A stretch of 63,981 nt of DNA, the filler included, from Reticulomyxa filosa (taxonomy: Eukaryota; Protista; Foraminifera): NCBI GenBank assembly GCA_000512085.1. It is 23 parts of 23 records of this genome, joined end to end, with 100 filler letters (N's around TTAATTAATTAA, not from the genome) between each part and the next. Parts side by side here need not be neighbours in the genome. Positions count along the whole stretch, not along the records: positions 8,514 to 11,290 come from ASPP01026929.1; positions 11,391 to 18,231 come from ASPP01007655.1; positions 18,332 to 23,561 come from ASPP01023580.1; positions 23,662 to 29,257 come from ASPP01016184.1; 19 more parts are not named here. One strand, written 5' to 3'. The position numbers and the translations under genes are program-made. The notes below the pieces were generated by a model, which made no database searches, was not told the origin of the DNA, and was given only the letters and a program-made list of their open reading frames with translations. Positions 10,813 through 24,828 of this stretch are shown piece after piece; the stretch's first letter is position 1; each line of letters begins with the position of its first letter.

Positions 10813-11200
10813 AGTGTTCATTCCTTTTCAATGCTGTTCATGGAAAACCCAAGGAGATGCCATGGAAATATTGGTGCTACTGCGCTCTTTGGGGTAATTC
10901 CCTTTGACTTTCAAAATACGAGTTATCACGTAAAATATTATAATATATAAATATGAATACTCATGGAAAAAAAAGTATTGTAATTGTGTATAACAGAGGC
11001 TGTGAAATGTAAGGGAGGTATGCAAAACAACAGTAATCGTGGTAATATAAATAAAAAAGGTGGCAAAGAAATAAAGACGTTGATTCGTTTATTCGGAGAT
11101 TTGATCAACGAAGAAGAGCTGCAACAGAAAATAGAATATTATAATGGAAATATAGAATTGGTGATTAAAGAGCTTGTTCAGCAATCTATTGAAAAAGAGG
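10813..11200 (+). CDS. Partial multi-exon hypothetical protein (helical, UBA-like segment)
   Basis: Exon ...KEIKTLIRLFGDLINEEELQQKIEYYNGNIELVIKELVQQSIEKE|GT with a probable upstream exon near 10813-10893. The contig ends in an (AT)n intron. Confidence 0.45.
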
Positions 11201-11398
11201 TATTAAAATAATGTTTTATTCTATTTTATGAGTATTAATATATGTATGTGTACATATATATCTATATATATATATATATATATAGATATANNNNNNNNNN
11301 NNNNNNNNNNNNNNNNNNNNNNNNNNNNNNNNNNTTAATTAATTAANNNNNNNNNNNNNNNNNNNNNNNNNNNNNNNNNNNNNNNNNNNNTTTTTTTT

Positions 11399-11435
<37 letters not shown>

Positions 11436-11436
<1 letters not shown>

Positions 11437-12424
11437 TGTTAGGAGAACTTCGACCAGAACAAATGCAGGCCCCCGCGGGGTCGCTATGGTTCATAACGGA
11501 AGATGATATCCGAGGAGTGATGTTACGCAATCCCAATGCCGAGAACAGTGCGATAGTGTCACCACACTCGTTGACGCAAGACAATGGGATGGGCGGTGTC
11601 GGACAACACCTCGGCGGAGGGAATGATAAGAGACGCGACACGAATCAAAACAATGCGAACGTGAACATGAAGATGCGTTTGCACGAGAGACAGCGCAGCG
11701 GGTCGTGGACACAGGGCGACTTCAACACATGGATCAACGCGGCGCAGATGAACAGTAGTAACGTGACGCAGCACTTGGGTCGTAACAGTAAGGTGAAGGA
11801 CGACATGGTGGTGAAGTACAAAGAAAAAGAAAAGGAAGAGGCGTTGGATGCGGAAAGTGGACCGTCACAGCAACATCATTCGCGAAGGCGGTCTTCGATA
11901 TCAATGGAAACGCATTATCGCAATTTGGCATCAATTGCGACGATTCCCAACGTGGACTCGCTGTTCTGGGAAGACACAAACTTGCCGATCACATACGACG
12001 TGAATGAAATTGAAGAGCAAGCCTTGGACGACCCGCGAAATCATAGATTCAAAGTGGACCGATGGATACAGCCCATCTTTTTGGATGGCACGGATGAGCG
12101 AACGTTGGAAATCGTCTATGATCGCTCGGCGTGGCAGTTGTCCGAATGGCTACGCAACGAAAAATCGCTCAAGTCCACACGCACTAATCCCGTCGATAGC
12201 ACCAATAACCCTTCCGCCACGCCCAGTCAGCGCGACACATCGTTGGAAGACTTTTATGACTTTATGATCACCTTTGCGGAAAACTATGACCAGTTGTCGA
12301 TGCGAGTTATCCAACATGAGAAAAATGGATCACCTGCGGAGAATAAAGATGCCAATGCCAATAATGGTGCAAATGTAAATGCAACTACAAATACAACTGC
12401 AAATGCGACTGCAAATGCCACTGC

Positions 12425-12455
<31 letters not shown>

Positions 12456-14546
12456 GCTACTACTACTTCTCCCGCAGTCGTTGAAGATGACTTAAATGAT
12501 TTTGACACTTTGAAAAAAGATCAAAGTCCTAGCCCGTCACCACAACCCTTTGCGGAGTCCAATTTAAACAGTGCCAACAATACCTCCACTAGTCTCAATC
12601 CACAGTCCACTCTGTCCATTAACACCACCTTGAAACCCAACGACTCCAAGACCCCAATAAAGAAACCAAAGACGATGCCGAAACGGAACTCGACCCGACG
12701 GGACAACAACTGCAACCCAGTCCTTCTCCTCTCCCCTCCTCGTCCCATGCCAAGCTTCTCAACCATCCCATCATTGCCAACTTGCCAAGTGCCAACAGCA
12801 TTGAGGAAAAATTTGCCGTCTTGCTTCACATCAAAAAACTCACCGATTGCGCGTCCATAAGCAATGACACCGCTTCGTTTGCTCTTCAAATCATTGATAC
12901 GTTTAACTCGGATATACTCAAAAGTGCTCCTATCTGCCAGGTTTGGTTTTGTTTTTTTTTTTAATTTTAATTTTCATTTGTTTCTTTCTATCATTATTTC
13001 GACTCTTACCCATATATGTACATATTATATATGTATACATATATATGTTCACTACTCTTGTTACTGAATTGAACGTTAGAAAATCATCCCTCATTTAAAC
13101 AATCACATCAAATTTATGGTTGCTTTGCAAAGTTGTGAATTACCCTTGGAAGACCAAGAAAAAATTCTTAAAGTTTTGCTTTTCCTTGTGCAAGAAAAGA
13201 AAGAATGGCTTGATTTGACTTTGCAAAAATAAATAAATAAAAATATTTTAATAATAGACAATTGACAGCTATAATCAATACTTTTCTCCATTGCCGACAA
13301 TGTGGCAATTAGTGAAATTGTTACAAGGTAATGAAGAGTTGATTGATAAGGTATTGCAAATGACAAATAACGGCAAAGAAGAAGACCCCAAATTGCTCAT
13401 GAAAGGAGTTTTGGAGGCACTAAATGATGATTTGGACTTGGCTATACCTGTCTTTGATGTTTCGTTTTGCTGTTGGTTTTTTTTTTGGTTATATGATTGC
13501 TCAGCACAAAAGTCTACTTTTGTGTGCGTGTGTATGATTTTGGCTTTTGGCTCTCGCCACTATGTAAAGGCGATAACCAAATCCAACAAAGACGCAAAAG
13601 AAAGTGAACAATACATTTATAACCATGTGTTGAACGTGTTGAAATTGTGCAAACAAGGAAAAAGTGATAAGTCCATGAACTGTTCAAAAATGGTCGATAT
13701 TGCTATTAAACATCCACTTATTTCTCCCCCAGAATTGTTTTTTGCTGTGGAAACAACACAGTAGTGCGCCATTAGTGGAGCGCTTGAACTGGTTGGCTTC
13801 TCGCCAAATGATTTACGAGCAATACCAATTGTTTTTTGGAAGATATCTGTTTTATATACAAACCGATCAAAGTTCCACCAATGATGCACCTACTCAAGTG
13901 CAGTCCAATACCACCGACAGCAATGACACAACCAACCCTCAAAATTCTGTCAATAACAGCGAAAAAATGCTGATTGAAGTTACATTAGATATCGACAATG
14001 TTAATGCGCGCACTGGAAATTATGACAAAAAAGTCATTTTTAAAAAATGTCGTGCGTCTTTAAATGTCAATGAAAATGAATATGAACCAAACTATTATTA
14101 TAGCAAAGTTTTGGAAAAACGATGGGAAGTCAGTGATTTCTCAAAAAAAGAGCTGAAATTGGACGAACACAAGTTTCAATGGGTTCCAAATTTGGAAATT
14201 AACAACAAGTTGTTGTCTCAATATAAAGTTGATTAAATATCGATTGTTCATACAATAGCATATGCATATGTGTACATATATCCCGAAATCTCTTTATCGA
14301 TAGATTGTGTGAACTTTGTTTGAATCTTAACAGATCACTCCATCAAAAAATCAATTGAACGGGATGCGAGGATATTTGATATATGACGGACTGAGCAAAG
14401 ACTGGCGCAAGTTGCAAGTTTTTCTTCAACAATTGAGTGATAGTTATGCTAGTGACAAAGAAATGAAAGGCCTCATGAAACAAATTGAAGATCGGCCTAT
14501 TTTTGTTTGCGTGGAAAAATGGAATTTGTTTGACTGCAACCAGTAA
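11436..14546 (+). CDS. Large multi-exon hypothetical protein (low-complexity Asn/Thr/Pro N-region, helical C-region); 5' end missing
   Basis: 474-aa GC-richer ORF starting at a poly(A)AG acceptor (11435), followed by same-strand exons (about 13080-13230, 13291-13460, 13570-14230, 14335-14546) separated by AT-rich GT-AG introns. Apparent frameshifts near 12750 and 13740. Confidence 0.7.
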
Positions 14547-14900
14547 AACTAATTCATACCAACAAAGAAAGTTTTTGCTTGACGTGCAATGTACTGTATG
14601 ATAGTATCTTGTGCTGTATTTTGATTTTTTTTTTTGTGATTGTGGAGCACAAAGTATGCTGACGAGTGTAAAGAAAACTCTTGAACACCGTTTGTGAAAA
14701 TTTCACCCTGGTGTTGAACTTTTGAGCAGCGATCAAATGATCAAATTTTGGTTTTGTGCATTCTTCGTAAGGCTTTAACTATTGTGAGAAAAAGAACCAG
14801 TAAATTTTTTGAAATTGCTTTTAATGACTTTCAGTCATTAACAGTTTAAAAAAAACATTGGAATTTACTCATAAAATTAGAACTTCTTCGCAAACAAAAA

Positions 14901-16269
14901 CTAACCAATGTAAAACAAGGAGACAACAGAAGAGCCATCAATAGCGGCTAAAGTGTTAGGCTCATTCAAATATTCACAAAAACCTTCAGCATAATAAGTT
15001 TCTACTTGCTGAGAGATTTTTTTAGGTATTTGAGGATAACCAAGTTGATGAACAAACCAGCCATCATTTTGAAAAGTAGTGGCTTGGGGATTTTCAATGC
15101 GCTGTTGAACAATTTTCTTCAGCCAAGTTTTGATATCTGTATTACTTCCAACCAAATATGTTAAGCCTTCCACAACAATCAAAAGTTGATCCAAGGAGCG
15201 AATATAAGTGACGGAATACTTTGAAGAGTTACCAGAAAATTTGCCAGGAGTGAAATCATGAATAGGAATAAACACAATTTCATTTTTGGTTTCGGATGAA
15301 GTCTGATCTTTGTTGTCATAATTTGGAATTTGGAATAAACATATGGCGTGCAGCCAACATAGTTTCGGTGGAGGGCCACAAAAAGCAAAGAGTAAATGCA
15401 TTGAACCATCCTTATTGTTATCCTTTTCAATATTCGGATATGCAGTCAAACATCGAAGCTTCAGCAGGTCCATTTGTTGCGCTGGAACAGCCCATCGCTC
15501 ACATTCATATTTATTGGCTTGTATTTGATATCTAATATATTTAAATTCATTTATATCTTGCACATATATTGAACTGTATTTTTGATTTTCTTCCTTGTCT
15601 TGCTGTTTTTTAATTTTTGGTTCTGAGCTTGAGTTTGTATCTGAATCCGCATCTAAATATTTTTGGACACACCAATGCCGATTACCAATCCCTGCAGTGA
15701 AATCCATAACACGCTTTGATTTTCCATATATGTAATTATTATTTTCTGTTTGTTGAAGGAGAACTACGTATAATGACTCTTTGTAATACGAGGTGCCTTC
15801 AACAAAATAAATATTGTCATGCCCATCCATCTGGACACTTCCCTCCCCCCCCCAACAAAAAAAAAAGAAAAAAATAAGAAAATTTGATTTTTTTTGGAAA
15901 TTTTTATTACTTGATCAATGAATTGCGACTAGTTGCACAAGTTACGAGATTGGAATAGTTGGGTACCTCTTGATTTAAATTCGCTGGAATTAAAGTATTT
16001 TTTTGGTTCATCTTATAGACGTGTCTTAAATCTGATAAAAATACTTCGCCTTTTTCATTGCTCCATATTTTACTAATTTTTGCTGGGCTTGACGAGATAG
16101 TTTTAGCTTTAATTTGTAAGGTGCCTACCAAAACTAGCTCCGGTACAAAAGAGAATATAACCTGGCATATGTCCGCTATTACACTTGGGCTTTGTCGTTT
16201 TGCTTCTTCAAAACCACGAAGATATACTCTCTTCGAAAGTAAAGCGATCAAATTATCATAATCAGACAT
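14901..16269 (-). CDS. Hypothetical protein, probable beta-rich propeller body with short helical N-terminal module; exons 16269-15911 and 15837-14901
   Basis: The 120-aa and 309-aa ORFs join in frame through a GT(15910)..AG(15838) intron. ATG start and TAG stop are present. Confidence 0.75.
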
Positions 16270-16533
16270 TGAATTTTTTTAATGACCAATGACAAAAACT
16301 TGTTCGACCTTTTTTTAAAGAAAAATGTAGCCGTGATTTATGAAGGAAAATAAAAGATAGAATTCAGTTAGTTTCATTGTCAGATGCCAGTTAAAAAAAC
16401 AAAACACTCTTTTTGAAAATGGAAGGCGTTACTTTGACAACGAATTGGTTTGAAAACAATCTTAAAAAAATAACAATGGAAAATTAAATTGGGGTTTATG
16501 AAAAAACAAAGAAATTTTAAAACAAAAAGAAGT

Positions 16534-17865
16534 TTATTGAACACTGATAACTTCCCACTCGTCTTCAACTGCTACGCTAGGGTTACTCGGCATTTGTTCC
16601 AAAGGAGGTTTCTCATCACTTTGACCGGTAGGGTTGGGTTGACAGTCAGTAGGCTCTTCCACGATAACAAATTTTTCGTCGTCATCGTCATTATTATTAT
16701 TGTTATTATTGTTGTTGTTATTGGCCTTATTGCAGTCATTGTGATCGTCATTGACTTTGGCAGGTGCCGAATCAGTAACAGAAATGAGATCAAATTCACT
16801 GGCAATGGATGGATCAGCGAGCAAAGATGTATTTAGAATTCCAGAGCGAGACGCTGCTTTACCAAACAAAAATGTCTGCATAAGTTCAATGTGTTTGTGA
16901 TGGTTGAGTTGATCAGGAAATAGATCAACAAATTTTTGAACGAATTGAAAACAATTTGATTTAGATTGGGAAGGGTCAAATTTTTGAAGTAAAGAGACAA
17001 TTTTTTGCGCTTTGGCATCGTCATTCACAATGTACAACAAAGATATATCCAATTTTTTTTTCAGAGTATCCGCACACACGACCCAACCATAGTGTGCATT
17101 ATAGCTCGCATCATCAACCACGACTTTGGCCATATCCGAGCCAAAGTGCCATGAGTTGCACTCTAAATGACAATGCTGGTCACTCCAGTTCATCGTGTCA
17201 AAACCTGCATATTGCACCTACGCACAAAACAAAAAAAAAAAAAGGGTGTTAAAAAGGGGGGAGGTTCTTCATAAAAACACGTATACACACATCTCATTGG
17301 AAAAAAAAATTTTTGTGAGGAGAGAGAGAAAGGGGGGGGGGGAGGGGGGGAAAGACCGAAACATAACATCATCAGGTGGTTTTCGAAAACCAACAGAATC
17401 AAAGATCCCGACCAAAGGGTATGCCCATGCATGGGATACCGATTCGTCGGCAATTTCTTCTTGAAATAACCATCCTTGATACATCAAATTAAATTGATTA
17501 GTACCCTTTTCACACCCTGACACGTAAGTTGTGATTTCAAAATGACTCGTTAATTTCCATTCGTTGCCGATTTCATTTAAACTCACTGTCTTTGTTGCCA
17601 GTTGCGCTATTCTCTCATCTTCTTCAATTCCATTATTCTTTTCTATTGCCTTGTTGATATGCTCTGGGATTTTCTTCCAAAGCGATTGTGGGATACGGTT
17701 TGACATATCTTCCGATGGAAGCTTCAATACCAAGAGAGGGCGTCCAATGTTCAAATTACTTCCACCCCTGTATTCACTCAAAATTGGTGCGGCCAACAAG
17801 TCAAATTGCCACACTGAATCTGCTTTTACATTCCATTTTTCTTCATGTGACGAATCAAAGCTCAT
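16534..17865 (-). CDS. Two-exon hypothetical protein with Asn/Asp-rich acidic tail
   Basis: The 198-aa and 227-aa ORFs are separated by a low-complexity intron (about 17367-17218) ending TAG|GTG. Complete ATG to TAA. Confidence 0.75.
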
Positions 17866-18569
17866 TTTTGATTAGAATAAACAATATTCAAAGATATGCG
17901 AATTTTATAATTAAAAGGAAACTGTCTTTTAATTTGATTAGTGGTTGTCCATCGCTGATTCATGTTGCCAAAGTCTTTGCTCTTATTTTCATTATTTAAT
18001 CTTTGTGTGTTGATTATAAACATTTGATTATATTGCTAGTACTATATTTATTGCTTTGTAAATCTTTTCTTGAGTTTATCTTTGTCAGATTGTCCTTGTA
18101 AACGGCAAATTATTTTTTAAAATTTTTGTACCAATGAAACTTTGGAAAAATTTTAAAATGGTTATAAGAAGATTGAGGTAGCACCAAGTGTAATAAGAAA
18201 GTAATTATTGAAAGGTGTTTTCAAAAGGCAANNNNNNNNNNNNNNNNNNNNNNNNNNNNNNNNNNNNNNNNNNNNTTAATTAATTAANNNNNNNNNNNNN
18301 NNNNNNNNNNNNNNNNNNNNNNNNNNNNNNNAGTCGACCTAAAGACAAGTGTGTTTTTTGGTTTTTTTTTTTTTTAAGTCAACCGAATATTTTTTGTATC
18401 CGTTGTATTTGTATTGTCTATTTTTACTTGGCCCACATAACTCACAAAATCTGACTATTAACAAGCAAACAAAAAAGTGTATATATATATTTTTTTTTTT
18501 TTCCTTCGAACTGTATGGTTTATTATTATTTATGAGTAATGCATTCCTTTTTTTTTTTTTTTTTTTTGC

Positions 18570-21500
18570 TCAATCCTGTTCGACTAAGATGAAGAGTTTG
18601 ATGTGGATAGAGAAGAATACGATAAGGCAACGAACAGACGTCAAAAGTTGGCAGACATTGGCAACATATTTTCGGCGGCAAATACAACCACTTTTTTGTA
18701 ATTTTTTTTTTTTTTTTTTTTTTCCTCCTCTTTCTCTTCCTCTTCTCAAGTGAAAATAATTCGAAAGTTAAACTTGAAAATGAGAGACGACATTGGATGG
18801 GGAAAAAAAAAACAACAACAACAACAACAACAGACAAAACTTATTAAGAGACTTGGAAAACAAACGTGAAGTGGCACAACCGAACAATGAGTTTGAAGAC
18901 GAAATGAATGAAGAAAAAGGTGGTATGACACAAATAGTATTGGACCCCAGCCAATCAATTATGCATCGCTTGAGTGAATTTCAAAACAAAGAGATGAAAT
19001 ATTTGCAAAGAGAAATCAGCTTTTTGGTCCGAAACAATGACAGCTATCGCCATTTGATCGACGCTCGTTTTGATATACTCGAAAGAGCTTTTCTTGCCAA
19101 AACTCGATCACGAAAAAGACTTGAAGTTTGTTTATTCTTATTTTGTTAACATTTATATATGTTTATATATATATATATATATAAGTATATATATATGTGT
19201 GCACATACATGTATATAAGTAATATATTTTTTTGGTTGTACGTAAAATAATGTTTGTTTTAAAAAATTTTTCTTTTTTGTATACATATTTAAAAAAAAAA
19301 AAAAAATGGGAAAAGATTGAAGGGATACAATTCACATTTGCCAAAGAAACCAAAGTGCAATTCATTTGCTACTTTTTTGGGAGAAATGACTATCTTGCAC
19401 AATTTAAACCGAAAGAGCCTCCTCAACGCAAAAAAAAAGAAAGCGAGACGAGTAAGACAGACGCGATTGAAAAAGATCAGAAAATTGGCATAGCAAGAAA
19501 GAACCTTGAATCACTCTGTTTGGTAGTGAGAGTGAAAAAAAAAGGGAGGGGGGGGGGGAAGAATTAGGGAGAGAATGATGAAAAGATAGGGTCTCAAAAA
19601 ATATAATGTGCATTATTACGATTGAACAATAATAAATAAAAAAAATAAAAAAAGTAAAATTTGGTGAAGGACGGTCAAACAAAAAACGAAATGACTATGC
19701 AAACGAAAGCGAAGACATTCGCCGCATAAAATATGGAATTGTAACATTAACGGAACCCGATCATTGCAATTATTTCCGATGTAATGATGACTTGTTGGGA
19801 CAATTACTTGCGCTGGCACATTTGATCCCGGATGAACTCGAAGCCTTGGAAGAATTTGAAACGCGTGTTGAGGCAAAACGCCAAAAACTAATCGACGTTT
19901 TGGTGAGTGTATGTGTACTGTAATATCATTTTGTTGCAATTCACTAAAAAAAAAAAAAAAAAAAGCTTGAGTGACAAATAATCAAACAAATACACACTAC
20001 AAACAAACAAAATGAATGGACTTGAAACTTGCAGAAAAGCAAAACTGCAGAGAGTACGAGCGAAGCAGCAAACGCATCAACTTCGAAACCAGGTGCACCC
20101 CCTCCACCTCTTCCACAGCGTCAGAACCAAAATCAAAGCCAAAGTCAAAGTCAAAATCAAAGTCAGAATCAAAATCAAAATCAAAGTGAAAGTGAACATC
20201 GTCGAGCGGCACGTGCTGGACTATTTCAAGCTTTACAACAAAGAATGAGTGCAAATGCGAATGCGAATGCGAATGCAAATGCAAATGCAAATGCGAATGC
20301 AAATGCAAATGCAAATGCAAACAACTCAACAGCTGTCAATGATAATCTTGTTCGACGTCGACGAAGTATTAGCCCTCGTGCAAGCACACGCAGTATTGTA
20401 GTGAATATCAGTGAACCAGCATCAGCATCTCCAGAGAGGTTATCTCTTCAAGATTTCTTTGGCCCCGATTTTGATAACAATAATAACAATAATAACAACA
20501 ATAACAGCAATAACAATGCAAATGCGCAAGCACAAGCATCGGCACAAGCATCGGCACAAGCATCAGCATTAGCATCCGTATTAGCATCAACATCAGCAGA
20601 TGCACAAGCACGACATCAAGAATTGCAGGAGATGGAAAGGGAAATAAGGCGACGCGAAGAGCTTCTTCAATTGTTGAACGAGGAGGAAGAGGTTCGCGCT
20701 AGAAACAGAACAGAAATAATAGCGGAGGTAGCAGCAGCGGCAGGAGCAGATGAAGACCGTCGTCGAAGAGAGTTGGAAGAAGCAGCGGCAGCGGAAGCAG
20801 CAGCAACAGAGGCGCGTCAAAGATTAGAAACGGAACGCCGTCGACGATTGGAGACAGACCTACAGCACATTGCAGAGCAGCTCCTTCGTCAAGAGCAACT
20901 CCTCCGTCAAGAGCAAGTCCTTCGTCAAGAGCAAGTTCTTCGTCAAGAGCAACTCCTCCATCGAGAGCGAGCCCTTCGTCAAGAGCAATTTCGTCAACAA
21001 CAAGCAAGTCAAGAAGTGCTTGGAAACGCCGCGGCCAACAATGCGAGCGACTACTATGCCATTGCAGCGGACGTGGACGAGGATCCAGCCTTGTCAGAGG
21101 CCCTCGCAGCCAGTTCCAATGAGCAAGTCACGGCCATTAATGAAATCGCGCAGATGTGGAGATCGAGTATCGCACAGAGTCGAAGAGATGCCAATGATGC
21201 TTCAAGAGCATCTGGACGAGGTCGAGGCCGAGGAGCATGGGTTTGTTCTAATTATTAACAAACAAACAAACAAAGAGGATACACATATACATTTTTCTTT
21301 TTATGAATTGATCAGGGATATGCCGCGTTTGCACGCAACGACGCCGCGGAATGGCAAAATGCAGCATCGCGATCACAGCAGAGACAGGCGTCACAAGAGC
21401 GATACCAAATTAACATCAGTCGAGCCAGGGATCGCATGACGCGACAGACCGAACTAATCGAAAACGAAGTGTTTTCAGAGTCTGCCAATATGGCAGCAAC

Positions 21501-23425
21501 CAGTCAGACGGAAGCAAAGGAGGAGGAAAAAAAAGAAGAGAAGAAAGAAGAGGAAAAAGAAGCCGCCAATAATAGCTCTCTCTCGCGACTCGTCACTTTG
21601 TCTGCATCTGCACAACAACAGCAGCAAAATGCATCCAAACTTAGTCTCGACAGCGACCAGCCATTTCAATCCCAACAATTGTTATTCTTCTTGCTTCGCC
21701 ATTGCGTCGACGAAATGGTAGACGCATGCAAGCGTGTCAAGGACGTCAATCAATACAATAAAGAGATTGCCAAAAAGAAAGAGGAATGGAACGCCAAACG
21801 AATCAAAGAACCGAAATCCGAGTCGTCTGCGACAAAGGAGTTAGGATCAACCAAGACTGACACGACTGCAAATGCAAGCGAAAATGAAGAGCAGCCTGAC
21901 TTTACATTGAAACAACTGTTCCCGACCGCTTCTCCATCCACTCGTCTCTTGGTACTAATCCAACGAGAACTGATCTTAAAAGCAAACACACGAAAGCTGT
22001 CTACTCATTCCGATGTGCAAGTGCTAGAGGAGTACACTGCAAATGTTATCCGAAATACAATTCTAGTGCTGACTCAGCATTTGTATCCCCTCTTCGCCGA
22101 GTTCAAGTCCGAGTGTTTGAATATTATTCACCAAAGTTTTGTCTCCAAAGTCTTGCTGCCATTACTCACCGTCTTGTCTGGAGTTGCTTATGTCGATTTG
22201 TTCCGAACTATGATTCAAAGTTGAGTTTCAATACCTTTTACTTTCTCTTTGTCAATGCTTTATTTTTTATTATTATTATTATTATTAATTTTTTTTTTTT
22301 TTTATTACTATATATAAATCATATTTAAAAAGATGTCTGGAAAGACTTGATCGAAGTATTACGTGTATTGGACGAACTTTGCAACATGGACGAAAATATC
22401 TCCAACGACTTGGCACAACTGCGCAACTTGGAGCCCTTGCCGGGAGACAACGCCATATTGGTAGAGTCCCCACATTCGTATTTACCCAACATCTTGGATG
22501 AAAAGTTAGTGTCGATCCCAGGGGCCGACTTTTTGGTGCTGCAATTTGATGAGCGCTGCAACACAGAACGCGACCAAGACTTTTTGCAATTGTGTTTGCT
22601 GGACGGAACGCCGATATGCAACGAACTGCATGGTCCCTCCGCGGAATGGAACAAAGCGCCGTTGATTGTCCCACACAATGAAATCGTGTTCCGCTTTTTA
22701 TCTGGATTGTCTGGTCCTCAAAGTCGCAATTACTGGGGTTACGCCTGCTTAGTCACAGGACTCAAATTTGGCCATCATCCAAACAATTCCATTATGTTGG
22801 ACTTGTTGCACACTGCTGCAAATGTCGTTGGAAAAGTTGAGAAGCTGCACATATTGGATTAATTTTTTTAAACAATATATACATATCATATATATATATA
22901 TGTATATATATGATATGCAATTTGACTCTAATGTATAAAATGTGCAAATAGAGTTTGCGAAGTGTGATGGTCGGAACGGAGCCAGATGAAACCGAGAGAA
23001 TTCATGCCAAGTGGCTGCGATCACCCTTATTTAGCAAAGGCCGCGAAAAACACGCGCTTGAAGAAAAATCGGAAAAAGATAGAGACGACAGCAAAGAAAA
23101 AGATCGCAAGCAACAAGAGAAATTGGGCGTGGACACGATCAAGGATCCCACCACTCCTTCTTCCAGCCAAATCCGCGATAACGCGTCGCCATCGTGGTCG
23201 CCAGTAGTGTCGCATCAAGGCTTCCTCGAAGATCTCGCAACGATGAAAGCCAGCTCCAAAGCCGCGGAATTTGCTCGGAAAATGTTTGGACAGCTCAAAA
23301 GAGAAGTGACGGACTCCATGGGTGGGAAAATTGTTGATCAAGCAATACACTTTGCAATTGCCGCCGTGTTGAAACATTTGGGATTGGTGGAGATTGCCAG
23401 AAAAGTCGCTTCCGGTTCAGAAGCG
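18570..23425 (+). CDS. Internal part of a giant ubiquitin-system protein (ZZEF1/HECTD4/MYCBP2-like CUB-type domain plus UIM-like motif)
   Basis: At least 7 same-strand exons. 22347-22862 encodes VESPHSY...VSIPGADFLVLQFDERCNTERDQDFLQL...WGYACLVTG, the 'ESPHPY...FD.RC.TE' domain of ZZEF1/HECTD4-type proteins. DEDPALSEALAAS (21076-21114) is UIM-like. AIAAVLKHLGL helical motif. Confidence 0.65.
20881..20988 (+). repeat. 18-bp coding tandem repeat, 6 copies (xLRQEQ)
   Basis: CTCCTTCGTCAAGAGCAA-type units in tandem inside the 409-aa exon. Confidence 0.9.
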
Positions 23426-23989
23426 GTATGTCTTTTTTGTTTGTCTTGCTATTATTTGTTTTTTTGTGTGAGTAAATATTGCCAACAAAAAGCGAAAAAG
23501 AAAATATGTCATTTACCTCTTTTTTTTTTTTTCCCTCTCTCTCTCTCCTCCCTCTCTCCTCNNNNNNNNNNNNNNNNNNNNNNNNNNNNNNNNNNNNNNN
23601 NNNNNTTAATTAATTAANNNNNNNNNNNNNNNNNNNNNNNNNNNNNNNNNNNNNNNNNNNNATATATACATATATGTATACATATATGTATATATGTGCG
23701 TGTGTATACACCATTTGTAGAACTTGTGGGATTGCTGCGAAAATATTATGTTTTGACATGGGTTGCGGTAATTACTACGTTTATTGTGCAAGTGATTGTC
23801 TCTTTATTGGAGCTTCATGTCCTTATTTTAGTTGACCATATCAGTTTGAATATATGTATAACTTGACGCTCGGATATTTTTGTTGCAAAAAGAACGTATA
23901 TATATATATATATATATATATACGTATACATATATATGTATACGTATATGTATGTATGTATGTATGTATATGATTGTGCAATACAGTAA

Positions 23990-24828
23990 ATGGCTTTTGC
24001 TTGATTCTGATGAGTTCATGGAACTCGAAGAGTTATCACCGTTGCTGTTGGCCTTTCCAAGATTGTATGCTGTTTACAATGCGCTCAGCTCAGAAGACGG
24101 GTCGCGTGTTTGCTTCGACGTTTCGAGATAACCAATCTCGCACTGAAAAGAGTCGGACTTTTGTGCCGCACGACCCCTTGTATCCATACAACAGCAATAG
24201 CAATGACACTGCGAACAGCAATGGTAACAGCAATGGTAACAACAATGGCAACAGCAATGGTAACAACAATGGCAATGAAGATGTACATCTTTCTCTCGGA
24301 CACCATTCCAACGAAAACCAACTCATTCGGGTGGGGACGGCGTCATCGTCGCTCCATCCTATGACTCGACCCGATCTGCAATTGAAGATTGACTTGCACG
24401 AACATACCGCCATACCCTCAAGCACCATTGACACCCCTGTCATCACTCGAGCGCCCAGCGATCAACAATTCGACACCGATGTCAATTTCATCAAATCGAT
24501 GAGCGCCCATTCGGATAAGCTGCATCCACTCCCGTCGCTGCTCTTTGCCAATCTCGCCCTCGCTGGAGATATGGCGGTGAGCGAAAGTCCAAATAGTGCA
24601 GAACATGCGCATGTCAATCCAATTGCTGGCTCCGCAACGAATGCAGACACAACTACAAATGCGAATCAAACCATTGCTAATTCTCCTCCTATCACTCCTC
24701 ATCCGGATGTAACCGATCAAGCCACTGTCCAACTCGAACTTGTCCAGCAGACCACTCCCGTACATGGGGTAGAGGATCACCACCGGCAAGTCGTCGATAA
24801 TGGCACTGACAAAAGTATCGTTCAATGA
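23990..24828 (+). CDS. 3' part of a hypothetical protein with Asn/Gly-rich low-complexity tail
   Basis: GC-richer open frame to TGA 24828 after an (AT)n/(GTAT)n intron. Overlapping ORFs 23880-24131 and 23974-24828 suggest a frameshift near 24120. Confidence 0.55.

Noticed and set aside
19997-20329. His-Leu / Asp-Phe repeat ORF as a metal-binding protein
   Set aside because: Antisense reading of the (AN)n and (QN/QS)n repeats of the plus-strand gene.
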